Shown: positions 9,259 to 18,795, counted from the first letter of the stretch. The stretch is DNA of 54,455 nt from a virus (IMGVR_UViG_3300033406_000296:1-54455); one strand, 5' to 3'. The notes: generated by a model not told the origin, from the letters alone. A program made the numbers and translations.

Positions 9259-9863
9259 ATAGAGTTCCAAATTTGAATGAAAGACATCGCATCACCTTCT
9301 AGGGCAATGCGCATTTTTGAATCTACGGCTTTGTCTAATGGGATTAGACGCGAGCGTTTTACATTTAGTACTGCGCTGGTTGCTTCATTTGGAATTTGTA
9401 AAAATGAGTCTTCCATCAGTGTTAAGAGGGCATCAGATAGTCGTTTGTCGAGTTTTTGACGGTGTTCTTTAAAGTACATTTTTATCCGATAAGGGGTGCC
9501 GTTGATTATTAGACCAAGCTCTGGGGTTGATCGGACCGCCAAATTATGAAAGGACCAAAATGCATCACCGACGTCAAACCATTCAATTTTTTTACCAGAA
9601 CAAAACTTTTTGTAATGATGAACTGCATCAGCGTATTGATGTATCTTCTTTTGATCTACGTCATTTAGCAAAGCATCAAGTCTTGACAAATTATAGTTGT
9701 TTTGATGAATCGTTTTAATTTCATCTCGCAACTTCCTCCAAAAATCCATTGCTGGATGATAAGGTGGCTGGTACTTAATGTTGTGTACAGCAGTTACCCT
9801 AGCAGTGCTACCACGAAGTAGAAAATCAAGAAACTGAGTTAATCCTACAGATATTTTTTCCAA
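9255..9863 (-). CDS. Moron: hypothetical protein, possible degenerate PD-(D/E)xK fold
   Basis: RBS AAAGGAG; own promoter; VRSTPELG...IKMY pattern. Confidence 0.7.
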   Translation of the reverse strand: MEKISVGLTQFLDFLLRGSTARVTAVHNIKYQPPYHPAMDFWRKLRDEIKTIHQNNYNLSRLDALLNDVDQKKIHQYADAVHHYKKFCSGKKIEWFDVGDAFWSFHNLAVRSTPELGLIINGTPYRIKMYFKEHRQKLDKRLSDALLTLMEDSFLQIPNEATSAVLNVKRSRLIPLDKAVDSKMRIALEGDAMSFIQIWNSI

Positions 9864-9897
9864 ACAAGGCTCCTTTCTAGCCTGGGCGCAATTATGA

Positions 9898-9922
9898 CTT
9901 CGTCACTAATAAGGAAAAACCT
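9898..9922 (-). promoter_or_regulatory. Sigma-H-type promoter overlapping a Spo0A-box-like TGACGAA
   Basis: ttaC-AGGT-N17-GAAG on the minus strand. Confidence 0.6.
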
Positions 9923-9985
9923 GTAAAAAATGGAGCCGGAATGTAAAATAATTGTCAAAAACAATAAATGAAGGGTGCAGTGTTT

Positions 9986-10534
9986 ATGAGTACGGATGCA
10001 AGTCGATTAATAGTCATTGAGAACTGGTCCGGTAAATACATGATTAACCAGGAAATTCTTGAGCCGGTAGCCAGGGCGCTATGTAAGAAATTTACCGACC
10101 TAAAGCATGTGCCAGTACCGGCTATTTTATGGCTGGTCAATACCGAAGGGAAGGGCAAAGACGGCGATAAAAAAGCCTATGCAAAGATCAGTAAATTAGC
10201 CGATAAGTGGTCGGATCTTATCTACCAAGTAACCGGTCGGCGGTTTCAGTATCTGGTCGAGGTATTCAAAGTCAATATGGATGATCTCACCTGGTCGCAG
10301 CAAGTCATGGTGATATACAGGGAGTTACGCCGGATCGGAGCCGATGGCGAGTTAAAGCATTACGGCATAGAGGATTGGCCAGAGGTATTCTATGCGCTAG
10401 GGCCAGGGTATTTGGGCAAAGATCGGATATTGCCTAACCTCTTAGAAGATGGGATTACATTCCGGAATATCAATCCTCAGACAAATTTATTTGACCAAGA
10501 TGAAAACACACCAGCGACTGCTGCAGTTAATTAG
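9986..10534 (+). CDS. Phage metallopeptidase-like protein with degenerate active site
   Basis: Family-like context, but YRELRRI..HY replaces HELxH..HD. Confidence 0.6.
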   Translation: MSTDASRLIVIENWSGKYMINQEILEPVARALCKKFTDLKHVPVPAILWLVNTEGKGKDGDKKAYAKISKLADKWSDLIYQVTGRRFQYLVEVFKVNMDDLTWSQQVMVIYRELRRIGADGELKHYGIEDWPEVFYALGPGYLGKDRILPNLLEDGITFRNINPQTNLFDQDENTPATAAVN

Positions 10535-10590
10535 GCAGAGAGAGGTTGGAGGCGGCTATGGGTGCTGTCTCCTGGGGAGGGGGAAAAAAC

Positions 10591-11337
10591 ATGGCAAGGC
10601 CGGTAAGGGATACTGTTGATTATTACCCGCATTTTTGTGATCACGGCAAAACTTTATTTATAATTGAACAACATTATGGCAATGAAGGATACGCTTTTTG
10701 GTTCAAACTACTGGAGTTATTGGGTAAAAATGAAGGTCATTATTATGACTGTAAAAATACAGATGATTGGGAGTTTCTACAGGCAAAAACCCGGTTTCTA
10801 GGGGTAAAATGTGAGGAAATACTAGATAAACTTGCATTACTAGGTGCAATTGACAAGGAATTATGGGAGAATGACCGGATTATTTGGTCTGATAACTTTA
10901 TAAGAAACATTGCCGATGCTTATAAGAATAGAAAGCGCCCTATCCCACAAAAGCCTATTTCTAGGAGTAAAACCCCCGTTTCTACCCCCGAAAATCCACA
11001 TAGTAGAGTAGAGGAGAATATAGTAGATCAAAACATAAAAAAAGAAAATAAAGAAAACGCGTGCGCGCGCGAGGACACCATATCTGTGGATAACTCACAG
11101 AAGAACGACGGGGTTTTAATTCCTACCCCTGATCAAGCCTACAACGAGGTTATCCGAAAGGGAGGCAATACGACGAAGGCCCCTGAATGGACACATGCTA
11201 TTGTTGCTTGGGCAGCTCAAAAATGGGGAACAGGTGATTTAGCACGAGCACCGGCAAAAGATGCTGCATATTTACGAGAACAGTATTTTGCTGAATATAA
11301 CAGGCTTTGTAAAACTTTAAATTTGCATTATGAGTGA
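10591..11337 (+). CDS. Replication initiator (DUF4373/Lin1244-like N-terminus)
   Basis: MARP..TVDYYPH...YGNEGYAFWFKLLELL; internal iterons. Confidence 0.85.
   Translation: MARPVRDTVDYYPHFCDHGKTLFIIEQHYGNEGYAFWFKLLELLGKNEGHYYDCKNTDDWEFLQAKTRFLGVKCEEILDKLALLGAIDKELWENDRIIWSDNFIRNIADAYKNRKRPIPQKPISRSKTPVSTPENPHSRVEENIVDQNIKKENKENACAREDTISVDNSQKNDGVLIPTPDQAYNEVIRKGGNTTKAPEWTHAIVAWAAQKWGTGDLARAPAKDAAYLREQYFAEYNRLCKTLNLHYE
10773..11093. promoter_or_regulatory. Putative phage replication origin (iterons, A-rich tract, DnaA box)
   Basis: RTTTCTA...AAAA repeats at 10773/10794 and 10957/10978 (21-bp spacing), A-rich 11031-11057, TGTGGATAA at 11085-11093. Confidence 0.65.
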
Positions 11338-11348
11338 GGAGAACCGGT

Positions 11349-11762
11349 ATGATTAAATTTACAGTTTTCGGTGAAGCGGTAGCGCAAGGCAGGCCGAGAT
11401 TTACAACAATAGCCGGTCATGCCAAGGCGTATGATCCGCAAACGTCCCGGAACTATAAACAAATTGTTCGGGATGAGGCATTAAAACATAAACCGCCGAT
11501 GCCACTACAAGAGGCAATAAATCTGCGGGTGATTATTTATAAAGGCATACCAAAATCATTTAGTCAGAAACGGCACAAGTTGGCTAGTGATGGGAGCCTA
11601 AGACCGGTAACTAAGCCGGATGTTGACAATGTGGTTAAGGGAATAAAGGATGCCCTGAAATCGGTAATATGGCGCGATGACAGCCAAGTGGTGGCCTTGG
11701 TTGCAGAAAAGTATTATTCAGATACACCCCGGATAGAAATTGAGATTAGTGAAGTAGTGTGA
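11349..11762 (+). CDS. rusA: RusA Holliday junction resolvase
   Basis: AQGRPRF, KPDVDNVVKGIKDAL, DDSQVV. Confidence 0.93.
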   Translation: MIKFTVFGEAVAQGRPRFTTIAGHAKAYDPQTSRNYKQIVRDEALKHKPPMPLQEAINLRVIIYKGIPKSFSQKRHKLASDGSLRPVTKPDVDNVVKGIKDALKSVIWRDDSQVVALVAEKYYSDTPRIEIEISEVV

Positions 11763-11795
11763 TCCTTGAATTTTAAATTGGGGAGAGTGAATAAA

Positions 11796-12818
11796 ATGAC
11801 AGGAAGAGTAAGACAAGCCGGTTCGCCGGTACCGAAAGTATCCGATTCGGACCCAGTACCTAGCCCGGTGGTTACACGTAAAATGACTTTTGTTGAAGCA
11901 TTAGATATAGACATGGCACCACGTCTTGCCTTAGAAAAATGTGATCCAGCGCGGTTAAAAGATATTACTTATGATCGACTTAAGATTTGTGTTGATGGTG
12001 GCCTTACCCGGGATGAAATCATCCAGGCGTTTGGTACGACGCACAACAGCTTGAAAAAAGCCACTAGCAAAGTAAAATTTAGGTTTAGTGAAATGAGACC
12101 GGGACCGGATCCGGTTGAGGCTAAACCTAAAATAGTACCAGAACCGGAGACAACTGAGCCAGCGGCGGTAATTACGGAACCAGCTGTTAGTGTAACGGAA
12201 TCAGCTGAATCTGTACAGAAAGTGTCCGAAAACGTAATTGAAGCTGCCGATCTTGTTCACGATTCCCCGGAAATCGTGAACGATGTGCTAGAAGTTGAAC
12301 AGCCGGCAGTTGAGCCGGATCCAGAAGTAAAAAAGGTGGCACAGCCTAAGGTTGTCCAGGTGAAGTTGGTTCTGATCAGCGGCAACAAACTCGAAATTGA
12401 ACTTCCGGAGCGCATGGTCAGCAGTATGCTTGAAGAATTAAAACGGCACCAGCGCCAATATCGTGGAATATTGGCTAATCACATTGGCGGCGAGCTTATA
12501 GCGGTGGATATGCAGGAAGTTGTGATGATGCAGGCCAGCGGACTAGATACCAAGCTGCCTACACCAACGCCTGTCATTGAGTCAGAGCGCTACAAAGTAG
12601 AGTGCCGTTGTGGTACCGAATATTTCTGCGTGTTGGGGGCAGAACGGGTTAGGGCCAGGTGCAGGAGTTGCAATGAAATAGTATTTGCAGATAGAAACGT
12701 TGAAAAAATCCCTGACCCGAGAGACGGAGAGTCGTCAACGTTGATGACTAACAAATATTTTGTTGAGTCGTATACGCCGTTGGCGCAGAGATGCGAGCAT
12801 GTTTCGAGTCAGGGTTAG
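11796..12818 (+). CDS. Hypothetical protein, acidic linker and C-terminal Zn ribbon
   Basis: Long ORF; ECRCG...RCRSC. Confidence 0.7.
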   Translation: MTGRVRQAGSPVPKVSDSDPVPSPVVTRKMTFVEALDIDMAPRLALEKCDPARLKDITYDRLKICVDGGLTRDEIIQAFGTTHNSLKKATSKVKFRFSEMRPGPDPVEAKPKIVPEPETTEPAAVITEPAVSVTESAESVQKVSENVIEAADLVHDSPEIVNDVLEVEQPAVEPDPEVKKVAQPKVVQVKLVLISGNKLEIELPERMVSSMLEELKRHQRQYRGILANHIGGELIAVDMQEVVMMQASGLDTKLPTPTPVIESERYKVECRCGTEYFCVLGAERVRARCRSCNEIVFADRNVEKIPDPRDGESSTLMTNKYFVESYTPLAQRCEHVSSQG

Positions 12819-12830
12819 GTGGTGATAGCA

Positions 12831-12983
12831 ATGCAGACATGTAAAGATTGTGTGGAGCTGCAGCCTCGAAATCCAAAGTTTCTGGCCAGAAATGCTAAAC
12901 ATCGGTTCGATTGTAAGCGACGAAATAAATACAGGACGGGCACTGAGTTTCCCTGCCTGTACTTTACACCTAAGGGGCGATAA
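12831..12983 (+). CDS. Small Cys-rich protein (50 aa)
   Basis: RBS AGGTGGTG; MQTCKDC...C...C. Confidence 0.5.
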   Translation: MQTCKDCVELQPRNPKFLARNAKHRFDCKRRNKYRTGTEFPCLYFTPKGR

Positions 12984-13036
12984 CAATTGAAAAATAAAAT
13001 AGCCACCGAAATGGTGGCTATGCGGGAAAGGGCTTG

Positions 13037-13408
13037 TCAATTTTTTATTTGTTTCACCATCTCAATAAGTGATTGAAGAGCATTAACATTCATTCCTAAA
13101 GATTTAGATTTTAGTGCAATATCAATAAATGCGGAGTCTTCTTCGGGAATTATGATTTGCGTATAACCAGGAGGTAAATTGATTTTTTCGACCATGAGTT
13201 GTTCATCTTCATAATAAAAATAACCAGCATTGCTAATCCCTAATGCTCTTGCAATTGCGATTACTTTGCCACCATTTGGGTTAGTATTATCTCCTCTTTC
13301 GATAGCAGAGATTTCGCCTTGGCGTAAATTAGAACGTTCTGCAAGAACTTCTTGGGACATATTCTTTTGTTCTCTAAGCTCTTTTAATCTGTAACCTAAA
13401 AAATTCAA
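13037..13408 (-). CDS. XRE HTH regulator (moron)
   Basis: LKELREQKNMSQEVLAERSNLRQGEISAIERG; RBS AAGGAG; TTTACA-N18-TATAAT upstream. Confidence 0.88.
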   Translation of the reverse strand: MNFLGYRLKELREQKNMSQEVLAERSNLRQGEISAIERGDNTNPNGGKVIAIARALGISNAGYFYYEDEQLMVEKINLPPGYTQIIIPEEDSAFIDIALKSKSLGMNVNALQSLIEMVKQIKN

Positions 13409-13471
13409 CAGTAATCACTCCTTGATAAATTATATTAAAAAAATTACTGTTTTGTAAATGTTTAAAAGTAA

Positions 13472-13753
13472 TTGAAACAAGAAAGGCAGGTTATGACAAT
13501 GGCTAAGATAACAGTTGAAGAAGCTATAAAATTACTAACAGAACGCGCTAAGATGTTCGATGATGAGGATTACACAGAAATAGCAGACCTAATACGTGAT
13601 ATGGATAATGAAATTAAGATAGCCAGGGAAATGCGTGAATCAATGCGCGGGGTTGAGATACAAGGGAAGGTTCGTAAAACCGTTCAATTCTTAGAAAAGG
13701 TTGCTGAGTATGACGAATTGTTAGAAAGGGTGGTAAATAATGAGCGAATGTAA
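13472..13753 (+). CDS. Hypothetical protein
   Basis: ORF in operon orientation. Confidence 0.55.
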   Translation: MKQERQVMTMAKITVEEAIKLLTERAKMFDDEDYTEIADLIRDMDNEIKIAREMRESMRGVEIQGKVRKTVQFLEKVAEYDELLERVVNNERM

Positions 13754-14099
13754 ACATGAAAAATCAACGTATCATTACTACATGGAAGAAATATGCGAAT
13801 GCGGATATAAAAAAGTAATGGATGAGAATGAAGCTCAAGACAAAATTGTGTCTCTCCTAGTGTATTCCAAGGACAAAGTACAAAACTGTCTAATCCGACA
13901 AAATGAACAGCTTACCATAGACCTACAGTCTGCAAACGCCAGAGCAGATAAGGCAGAAAAAGATTTGGAAAAGGCAATACAATATATTTATCGTTTAAAA
14001 ACGACTAATGGAGCAATGGAAGATTTAATACAAGAAACGCTGGGAGCTAATAAGGAGGCGGCGGGCAATGGACAAATGGCAACTAAGCAAAGAGGGTAA
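13740..14099 (+). CDS. Hypothetical coiled-coil protein
   Basis: ORF with RBS AAAGGGTGG. Confidence 0.55.
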   Translation: MSECKHEKSTYHYYMEEICECGYKKVMDENEAQDKIVSLLVYSKDKVQNCLIRQNEQLTIDLQSANARADKAEKDLEKAIQYIYRLKTTNGAMEDLIQETLGANKEAAGNGQMATKQRG

Positions 14100-14285
14100 G
14101 TGGTGGTTAAACGGAGTTGGCTTTGGAATAGTTATTGGAATGGTAGTTTTAGCCTGCTTTGTGGGACTGTGAGCGCGATGCCTAACCCATACACATGCCA
14201 ATCATGCGACGGCTGTAACTGCGTTAACCCTGAGGCCCGACGCTTAGGCATGTGCGAGCCGAAGAAATAACAAAGGAGGGTTAGA

Positions 14286-14777
14286 ATGGGCATCCTCCAA
14301 GAATTAGATAATGATTACAAAATCGCTGAAGATTGGCTCTTAAATTACGAATTAAAAAAAGAACAATACTATCGCGATTTGAACTATATTCGTGATGAAA
14401 ATCCAATGCATGAAGTGTATGTCCGTACTGGCCCCGGCAACATTGTTATGCAAAAAGTGGTTACTTTAGCCGAACTTGACCGCGCTGAAAAGTGGCTTTT
14501 GACAATTGAGCTTGTGCAGAACAAACTTGGACCAAAGAAAAGAGCGTTTTTGGAGGTTCGGCGAGAAGCCAGGCGAATGAATCATACGGTCAATGGCAGG
14601 GAAGTTTGGCGCGGATATGTGCAAACTCATTATGCTGATCGAATGGCAAAGGAATACGCAACATCAATGGACAAGTATTGGCTTAGTGAACGCGCAATAA
14701 TGTATTGGTGGAAAACGCTTGTTGAAACAACACGGCTAATTGCATTAAAAAGAGGTTGTAGTTTTGGGAAAAAATAA
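14286..14777 (+). CDS. RinA/ArpU-like late transcriptional activator
   Basis: Last early gene before packaging; helical C-terminal HTH-like segment; mostly a positional call. Confidence 0.6.
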   Translation: MGILQELDNDYKIAEDWLLNYELKKEQYYRDLNYIRDENPMHEVYVRTGPGNIVMQKVVTLAELDRAEKWLLTIELVQNKLGPKKRAFLEVRREARRMNHTVNGREVWRGYVQTHYADRMAKEYATSMDKYWLSERAIMYWWKTLVETTRLIALKRGCSFGKK

Positions 14778-14840
14778 ATTTTTAAGAAGTGTTGCACTCC
14801 ATTGCAGTTTTTCCGTGGTAATATGTTATTAGCAACAGTT

Positions 14841-14870
14841 GCCGTTGGCTGAACAAGCCAGCGGTTTTTT
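14841..14870 (+). terminator. Intrinsic terminator
   Basis: GCCGTTGGCT-GAACA-AGCCAGCGGT followed by TTTTT. Confidence 0.7.
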
Positions 14871-14878
14871 ATATGTGC

Positions 14879-14903
14879 AGGGGAATGAATACTCTTGCCG
14901 AAT
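14879..14903 (+). promoter_or_regulatory. Sigma-H-type promoter
   Basis: gC-AGGG-N17-GAAT, 40 nt before the moron start. Confidence 0.6.
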
Positions 14904-14943
14904 TATGTATATTAATGGGAATTTCATAAGGAGTGAGTATAAT

Positions 14944-15777
14944 TTGGGTACTTTTGATTTAGCTGATTTCGCAAGTGTTATGTTTTATTTAGGTGCAATG
15001 ATTAGTCTTAATAGTCGTTTGAGTAAAAGTAAGATTAGAATTTGCGGTAGCCTTATGTTAACTATAGGTGCTATTATTCAAGTATTTTATATGAAAAGCC
15101 TGTTATCATCTGGTAGTGCTGTTTTATTATGCATTATTATTGGGCATATGCCAAACGAATGGGCTAAAGCAATTGATAATAGACTTTATAGCATTATAAA
15201 CGGTTTAGAAAAGAAAGAAACAAGTACAGTCAGCTGTAGTATAATAAAATTAGTTATGTTTATGATTATAATAATAATAGTAGCATTACTGTTAATTGCA
15301 AGTAATTGGGATTATATAAAAAATGATGGCGCATTACAAGGTCTCATTTATGGTTTACTATTTTCATTTATGGGTGCAGTAATTGGTGGGTTAATTGGTG
15401 GTTATGGAAGCTATTTCGGAGGAATCAATGGAGCAAAAACAAGTTTAAATATGACACAAAGTATTGATCGATATAGATCTAGAAAAATTATTATTAAACA
15501 GTTAGAACGTATAAGAGTTGCAATTGTTGAAAATGATAAAACCAAATATATATTACCTAATACTTTCTTTTTAATTGAAAACTGGCTTGATAAAATTATG
15601 TTCTGTGATTTTGACAATAGGGAAATTGAAATTCTTATAAAATTTTTTCAAAGATGGGAGGCTATAGAACAAGAAGCTAGGGAGAGGGATGATCAGAAAA
15701 TGGATATTGGGACTATAAATATTCATATGACGCAATTTATAGATGATATAGACAAAATAATAGATAAATATAAATAG
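14944..15777 (+). CDS. AT-rich multi-TM moron protein (start TTG 14944)
   Basis: RBS AAGGAG; about 5 hydrophobic segments and a soluble C-terminus; very AT-rich. Confidence 0.75.
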   Translation: MGTFDLADFASVMFYLGAMISLNSRLSKSKIRICGSLMLTIGAIIQVFYMKSLLSSGSAVLLCIIIGHMPNEWAKAIDNRLYSIINGLEKKETSTVSCSIIKLVMFMIIIIIVALLLIASNWDYIKNDGALQGLIYGLLFSFMGAVIGGLIGGYGSYFGGINGAKTSLNMTQSIDRYRSRKIIIKQLERIRVAIVENDKTKYILPNTFFLIENWLDKIMFCDFDNREIEILIKFFQRWEAIEQEARERDDQKMDIGTINIHMTQFIDDIDKIIDKYK

Positions 15778-15875
15778 AATATTTAATAGGGTTTAATATT
15801 AAGAGGTATTAGCAGAAATATAAATTATAGTCCGACAGCTTATGTTGTTGGACTTTTTATATGGGGGTAAACATT

Positions 15876-16082
15876 ATGCCAACTGTAGACTGTGACCGTA
15901 CCGAATGCGAACGCCATGGTATAGAAATATGCATAGCCAGGCGCGTGACATGGAAGGACGGATCTTGTTCTGAGTACCGGCCAAGGGTAGGCAAAGATAT
16001 GCTGGATCAGCCGTTTAATGCTAACTGCCATAAGCGGGGCGGCAAGTACAAGAGCAGTAAGGTGACTGGGGTGTTGAAATGA
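15876..16082 (+). CDS. Small Cys-rich protein (DUF1540-like)
   Basis: VDCDRTEC...C...CSEY. Confidence 0.55.
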   Translation: MPTVDCDRTECERHGIEICIARRVTWKDGSCSEYRPRVGKDMLDQPFNANCHKRGGKYKSSKVTGVLK

Positions 16083-16160
16083 TGCGAAAAAAAAACTAGG
16101 GCCAGTGTACCGATAAAGGTAAGCACTTGCTCTAGTTAGCGTGTATTTAAGGCTGAAATG

Positions 16161-16781
16161 CTAATGTTGGAGTGTAGTTGTGTTATTAGTTTTTGTAGTC
16201 TTATTTCCCACAATGGTTGTTATGTCAGTAGTTTTTGCTTCAGTAGTTGTAGTACCGATTTTTTCCCACGTAGGCCAATCATAATAGTCATCAAGCCATG
16301 CTATTAGCCTTGTAATTTTAGCCTCACGGATTTCTTTATAATTTCCCCATATAGTAATTAAATCGGTAACCAATGTAAGGCCTCCTGATTCAGTAAGAGA
16401 TGGACCGCCTAAAATAAGTAGGTTGGCTTTGTATGAAAAATCGTTAAAATCTTTCATAGCACCATTGCCTAGGTTGGTTAACTTTTTTATAGTGTCTTTA
16501 TTCAATGCAGCTTTATTTATAATTGATAATTCTAATGTCGATTTTAGTGCTGTGAATTTTGCAGCAGCTAATTGATATTTGGTTTTTGCATCTAAGTAAT
16601 CCTCATAGCTAATTCTGCCGTCATGCTTATTATATATTTCTTTTATGTCAGAAGCATAACTTACGGCCATTGCCTTTGCGTAAGCGTAGTTTTCGAGACC
16701 TGCATCTTTTTCTGATGCGAAACAAAAAGCTGATAGGGAAAGTAGAAAAACCAGTGTAGTCATTAGAAATACCTTTTTCAT
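16161..16781 (-). CDS. Secreted moron protein (start ATG 16781)
   Basis: Signal peptide MKKVFLMTTLVFLLSLSAFCFA; Thr-rich tail. Confidence 0.75.
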   Translation of the reverse strand: MKKVFLMTTLVFLLSLSAFCFASEKDAGLENYAYAKAMAVSYASDIKEIYNKHDGRISYEDYLDAKTKYQLAAAKFTALKSTLELSIINKAALNKDTIKKLTNLGNGAMKDFNDFSYKANLLILGGPSLTESGGLTLVTDLITIWGNYKEIREAKITRLIAWLDDYYDWPTWEKIGTTTTEAKTTDITTIVGNKTTKTNNTTTLQH

Positions 16782-16822
16782 GATTATCACGCAGCCTTTC
16801 AAGTTTTTAATTCTGCAGAATA

Positions 16823-16847
16823 ATTCTTCCAAATAAAGTAAAGTCCT
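16823..16847 (-). promoter_or_regulatory. Sigma-H-type promoter
   Basis: GC-AGGA-N17-GAAT, a full consensus match. Confidence 0.72.
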
Positions 16848-16896
16848 GCTCTGGATTAAATATAAATTAAATTTGTGGAGGTGGTGATATGCGATA

Positions 16897-17685
16897 ATGG
16901 CAAATCATGAGCAAGCTGAACGGGACTATATGTTGGGTATGAAATACCAAGCTATAGCGGATAAATATCAAGTCACCGTCAATACGGTTAAGTCTTGGAA
17001 AAGGCGCTATAAATGGGATAGAGTACCCAAAAAGGATGCACCCAAAAAGAAAAATGAGGGTGCATTTAAAAAAGTGTGCAAGCAAGAAAAAAGTATGCAA
17101 GTTGCTGTTCCAGTACATGAAGATGGTTTAACTGAAAAACAGCGACTTTTTTGTTTGTATTACATAAAAAATTTCAATGCAACGCAGGCAGCAATTAAGG
17201 CTGGCTATACAGATAAATATCCCGGAGAAATGGGGTATCAATTACTACAAAAACCTACACTTCGAACCGAGATTAAAAGGCTTAAAGAATTAAAGCGTCA
17301 ATCAATCATGATTAACGAGGATGATATAGTTGAACGGTACATGCGGATTGCTTTTGCGGACATGACCGACTTCGCTGAGTTTGGCACTGAAGAATATCCT
17401 GATATCGACGCTGCAGGTAATACGCAAATAGACTATAACGGCAACGTCAAGATGTGTAAACGTAGTTATCTTGAATTCAAGGATCTTACGGAAGTTGATG
17501 GCGGTCTTATCTGTGAAATTAGCATGGGCCGAAATGGTATGAAGTTTAAATTAGAGGACAGAATGAAAGCGTTGGATTGGCTAAGCAATTATTTCAACAT
17601 GAATCCAATGAATAAGCATAAGCAGCAGTACGATAATGCGCTTCTTGATTTGAAGCGTAAACAAGTCGAAAAGGACGCTTGGTAA
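16897..17685 (+). CDS. Terminase small subunit (YqaS/XtmA, SPP1-G1P-like)
   Basis: N-terminal HTH ([27 protein letters not shown]), [24 protein letters not shown]. Confidence 0.88.
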   Translation: MANHEQAERDYMLGMKYQAIADKYQVTVNTVKSWKRRYKWDRVPKKDAPKKKNEGAFKKVCKQEKSMQVAVPVHEDGLTEKQRLFCLYYIKNFNATQAAIKAGYTDKYPGEMGYQLLQKPTLRTEIKRLKELKRQSIMINEDDIVERYMRIAFADMTDFAEFGTEEYPDIDAAGNTQIDYNGNVKMCKRSYLEFKDLTEVDGGLICEISMGRNGMKFKLEDRMKALDWLSNYFNMNPMNKHKQQYDNALLDLKRKQVEKDAW

Positions 17686-17686
17686 T

Positions 17687-18355
17687 ATGGCTCAGGATTT
17701 TGCTAGAAAACTATATACGTCCAAAGCATGGATTGAGTTAAGGCGTAACCTTATCATCGAGAGGGGGCCGATCTGTCAGAAATGTAATACGCTTATGATT
17801 GATACCTCAAAGCTAATAGGGCATCATACGGAACGGTTAACGCCTTTGAATGTGAATGATCCAAATGTTGCATTGAACCCGAAGAAGATAGAAATTGTTT
17901 GCCTTATGTGTCATAACAAAGAGCCTGGACACTATTCAGGACAGGCAAGCCGATCAGTATATCTGGTATATGGTGCGCCATGTAGTGGTAAATCATCTAT
18001 GGTCAATCAGTTGGCCGTAAGAGGCGACATGATCTTGGATATTGATAAGCTGTTCGAGTGCATTAGTGGACAGACGTTATATGACAAGCCGGATAACCTG
18101 AGGTTCAATGTATTTGCGTTGCGAGATAAGATACTGGACATGATCAAGACTAGATATGGAAAATGGCATGACGCGTATGTTATTGGCGGGTATCCCAATA
18201 AAGCTGAGCGCGATAGATTAGCGTTGGAGCTTGGGGTAGAGGTGATCTATTGTGAGGCAACACTGAGTGAATGTTATGCAATGATGCATCAGAGGCAACT
18301 CCCTAAGGAATATGTTGGATACATCGACCGATGGTTTGCCGAGTACCAGGCGTGA
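17687..18355 (+). CDS. HNH endonuclease fused to a P-loop (AAA_33-like) domain
   Basis: CQKC...GHH...CLMCHNKE, then GAPCSGKS. Confidence 0.85.
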   Translation: MAQDFARKLYTSKAWIELRRNLIIERGPICQKCNTLMIDTSKLIGHHTERLTPLNVNDPNVALNPKKIEIVCLMCHNKEPGHYSGQASRSVYLVYGAPCSGKSSMVNQLAVRGDMILDIDKLFECISGQTLYDKPDNLRFNVFALRDKILDMIKTRYGKWHDAYVIGGYPNKAERDRLALELGVEVIYCEATLSECYAMMHQRQLPKEYVGYIDRWFAEYQA

Positions 18356-18480
18356 CCCCCCAGCATCGGCTTCATGTTCCCGCTAAGCCAGACCGGTGGA
18401 TAGGCATCATTTTTTTATATGGCAAAAATTTGACTTTTCCAGTGATGCTTTTTGAAAAACTTTGAATCTGGGGGTGCATC
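18356..18480. other. Probable cos region
   Basis: Non-coding gap between HNH and P27-type TerS with a C-run and GACCGGTGG; position typical of 3'-cos phages (inference). Confidence 0.4.
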
Positions 18481-18795
18481 GTGGATACTCAGCAAGAGTT
18501 TGAGAGAATAAAGGCCTTGTTTGCGGGTGTAGATGAGAAACAGCTGCAGCTCGTTGAGGGCGCCATAATGGAAGCCGCCCGGCTTCGGGTGGAACTTAAC
18601 CGACTGCATGAAATCGTCAAGCAAACTGGACTTGTCAAAGTGCATCCGGATAACCCTGTGATGCAGAAGGAACTGCCGGTTAGCCGGATGATAGTAAAAG
18701 TCCGTGCCGGGTACATAAACTATATCGGAAAATTGTCTAGCATTTTGGGACGCAGTGTTGTGGATGAGGACGATGACCTAGATGAATTCGCTTAA
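18481..18795 (+). CDS. Second terminase small subunit (P27-like)
   Basis: 104 aa, overlaps TerL start, G..KVHP..P motif, acidic DDDLDEF end. Confidence 0.7.
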   Translation: MDTQQEFERIKALFAGVDEKQLQLVEGAIMEAARLRVELNRLHEIVKQTGLVKVHPDNPVMQKELPVSRMIVKVRAGYINYIGKLSSILGRSVVDEDDDLDEFA

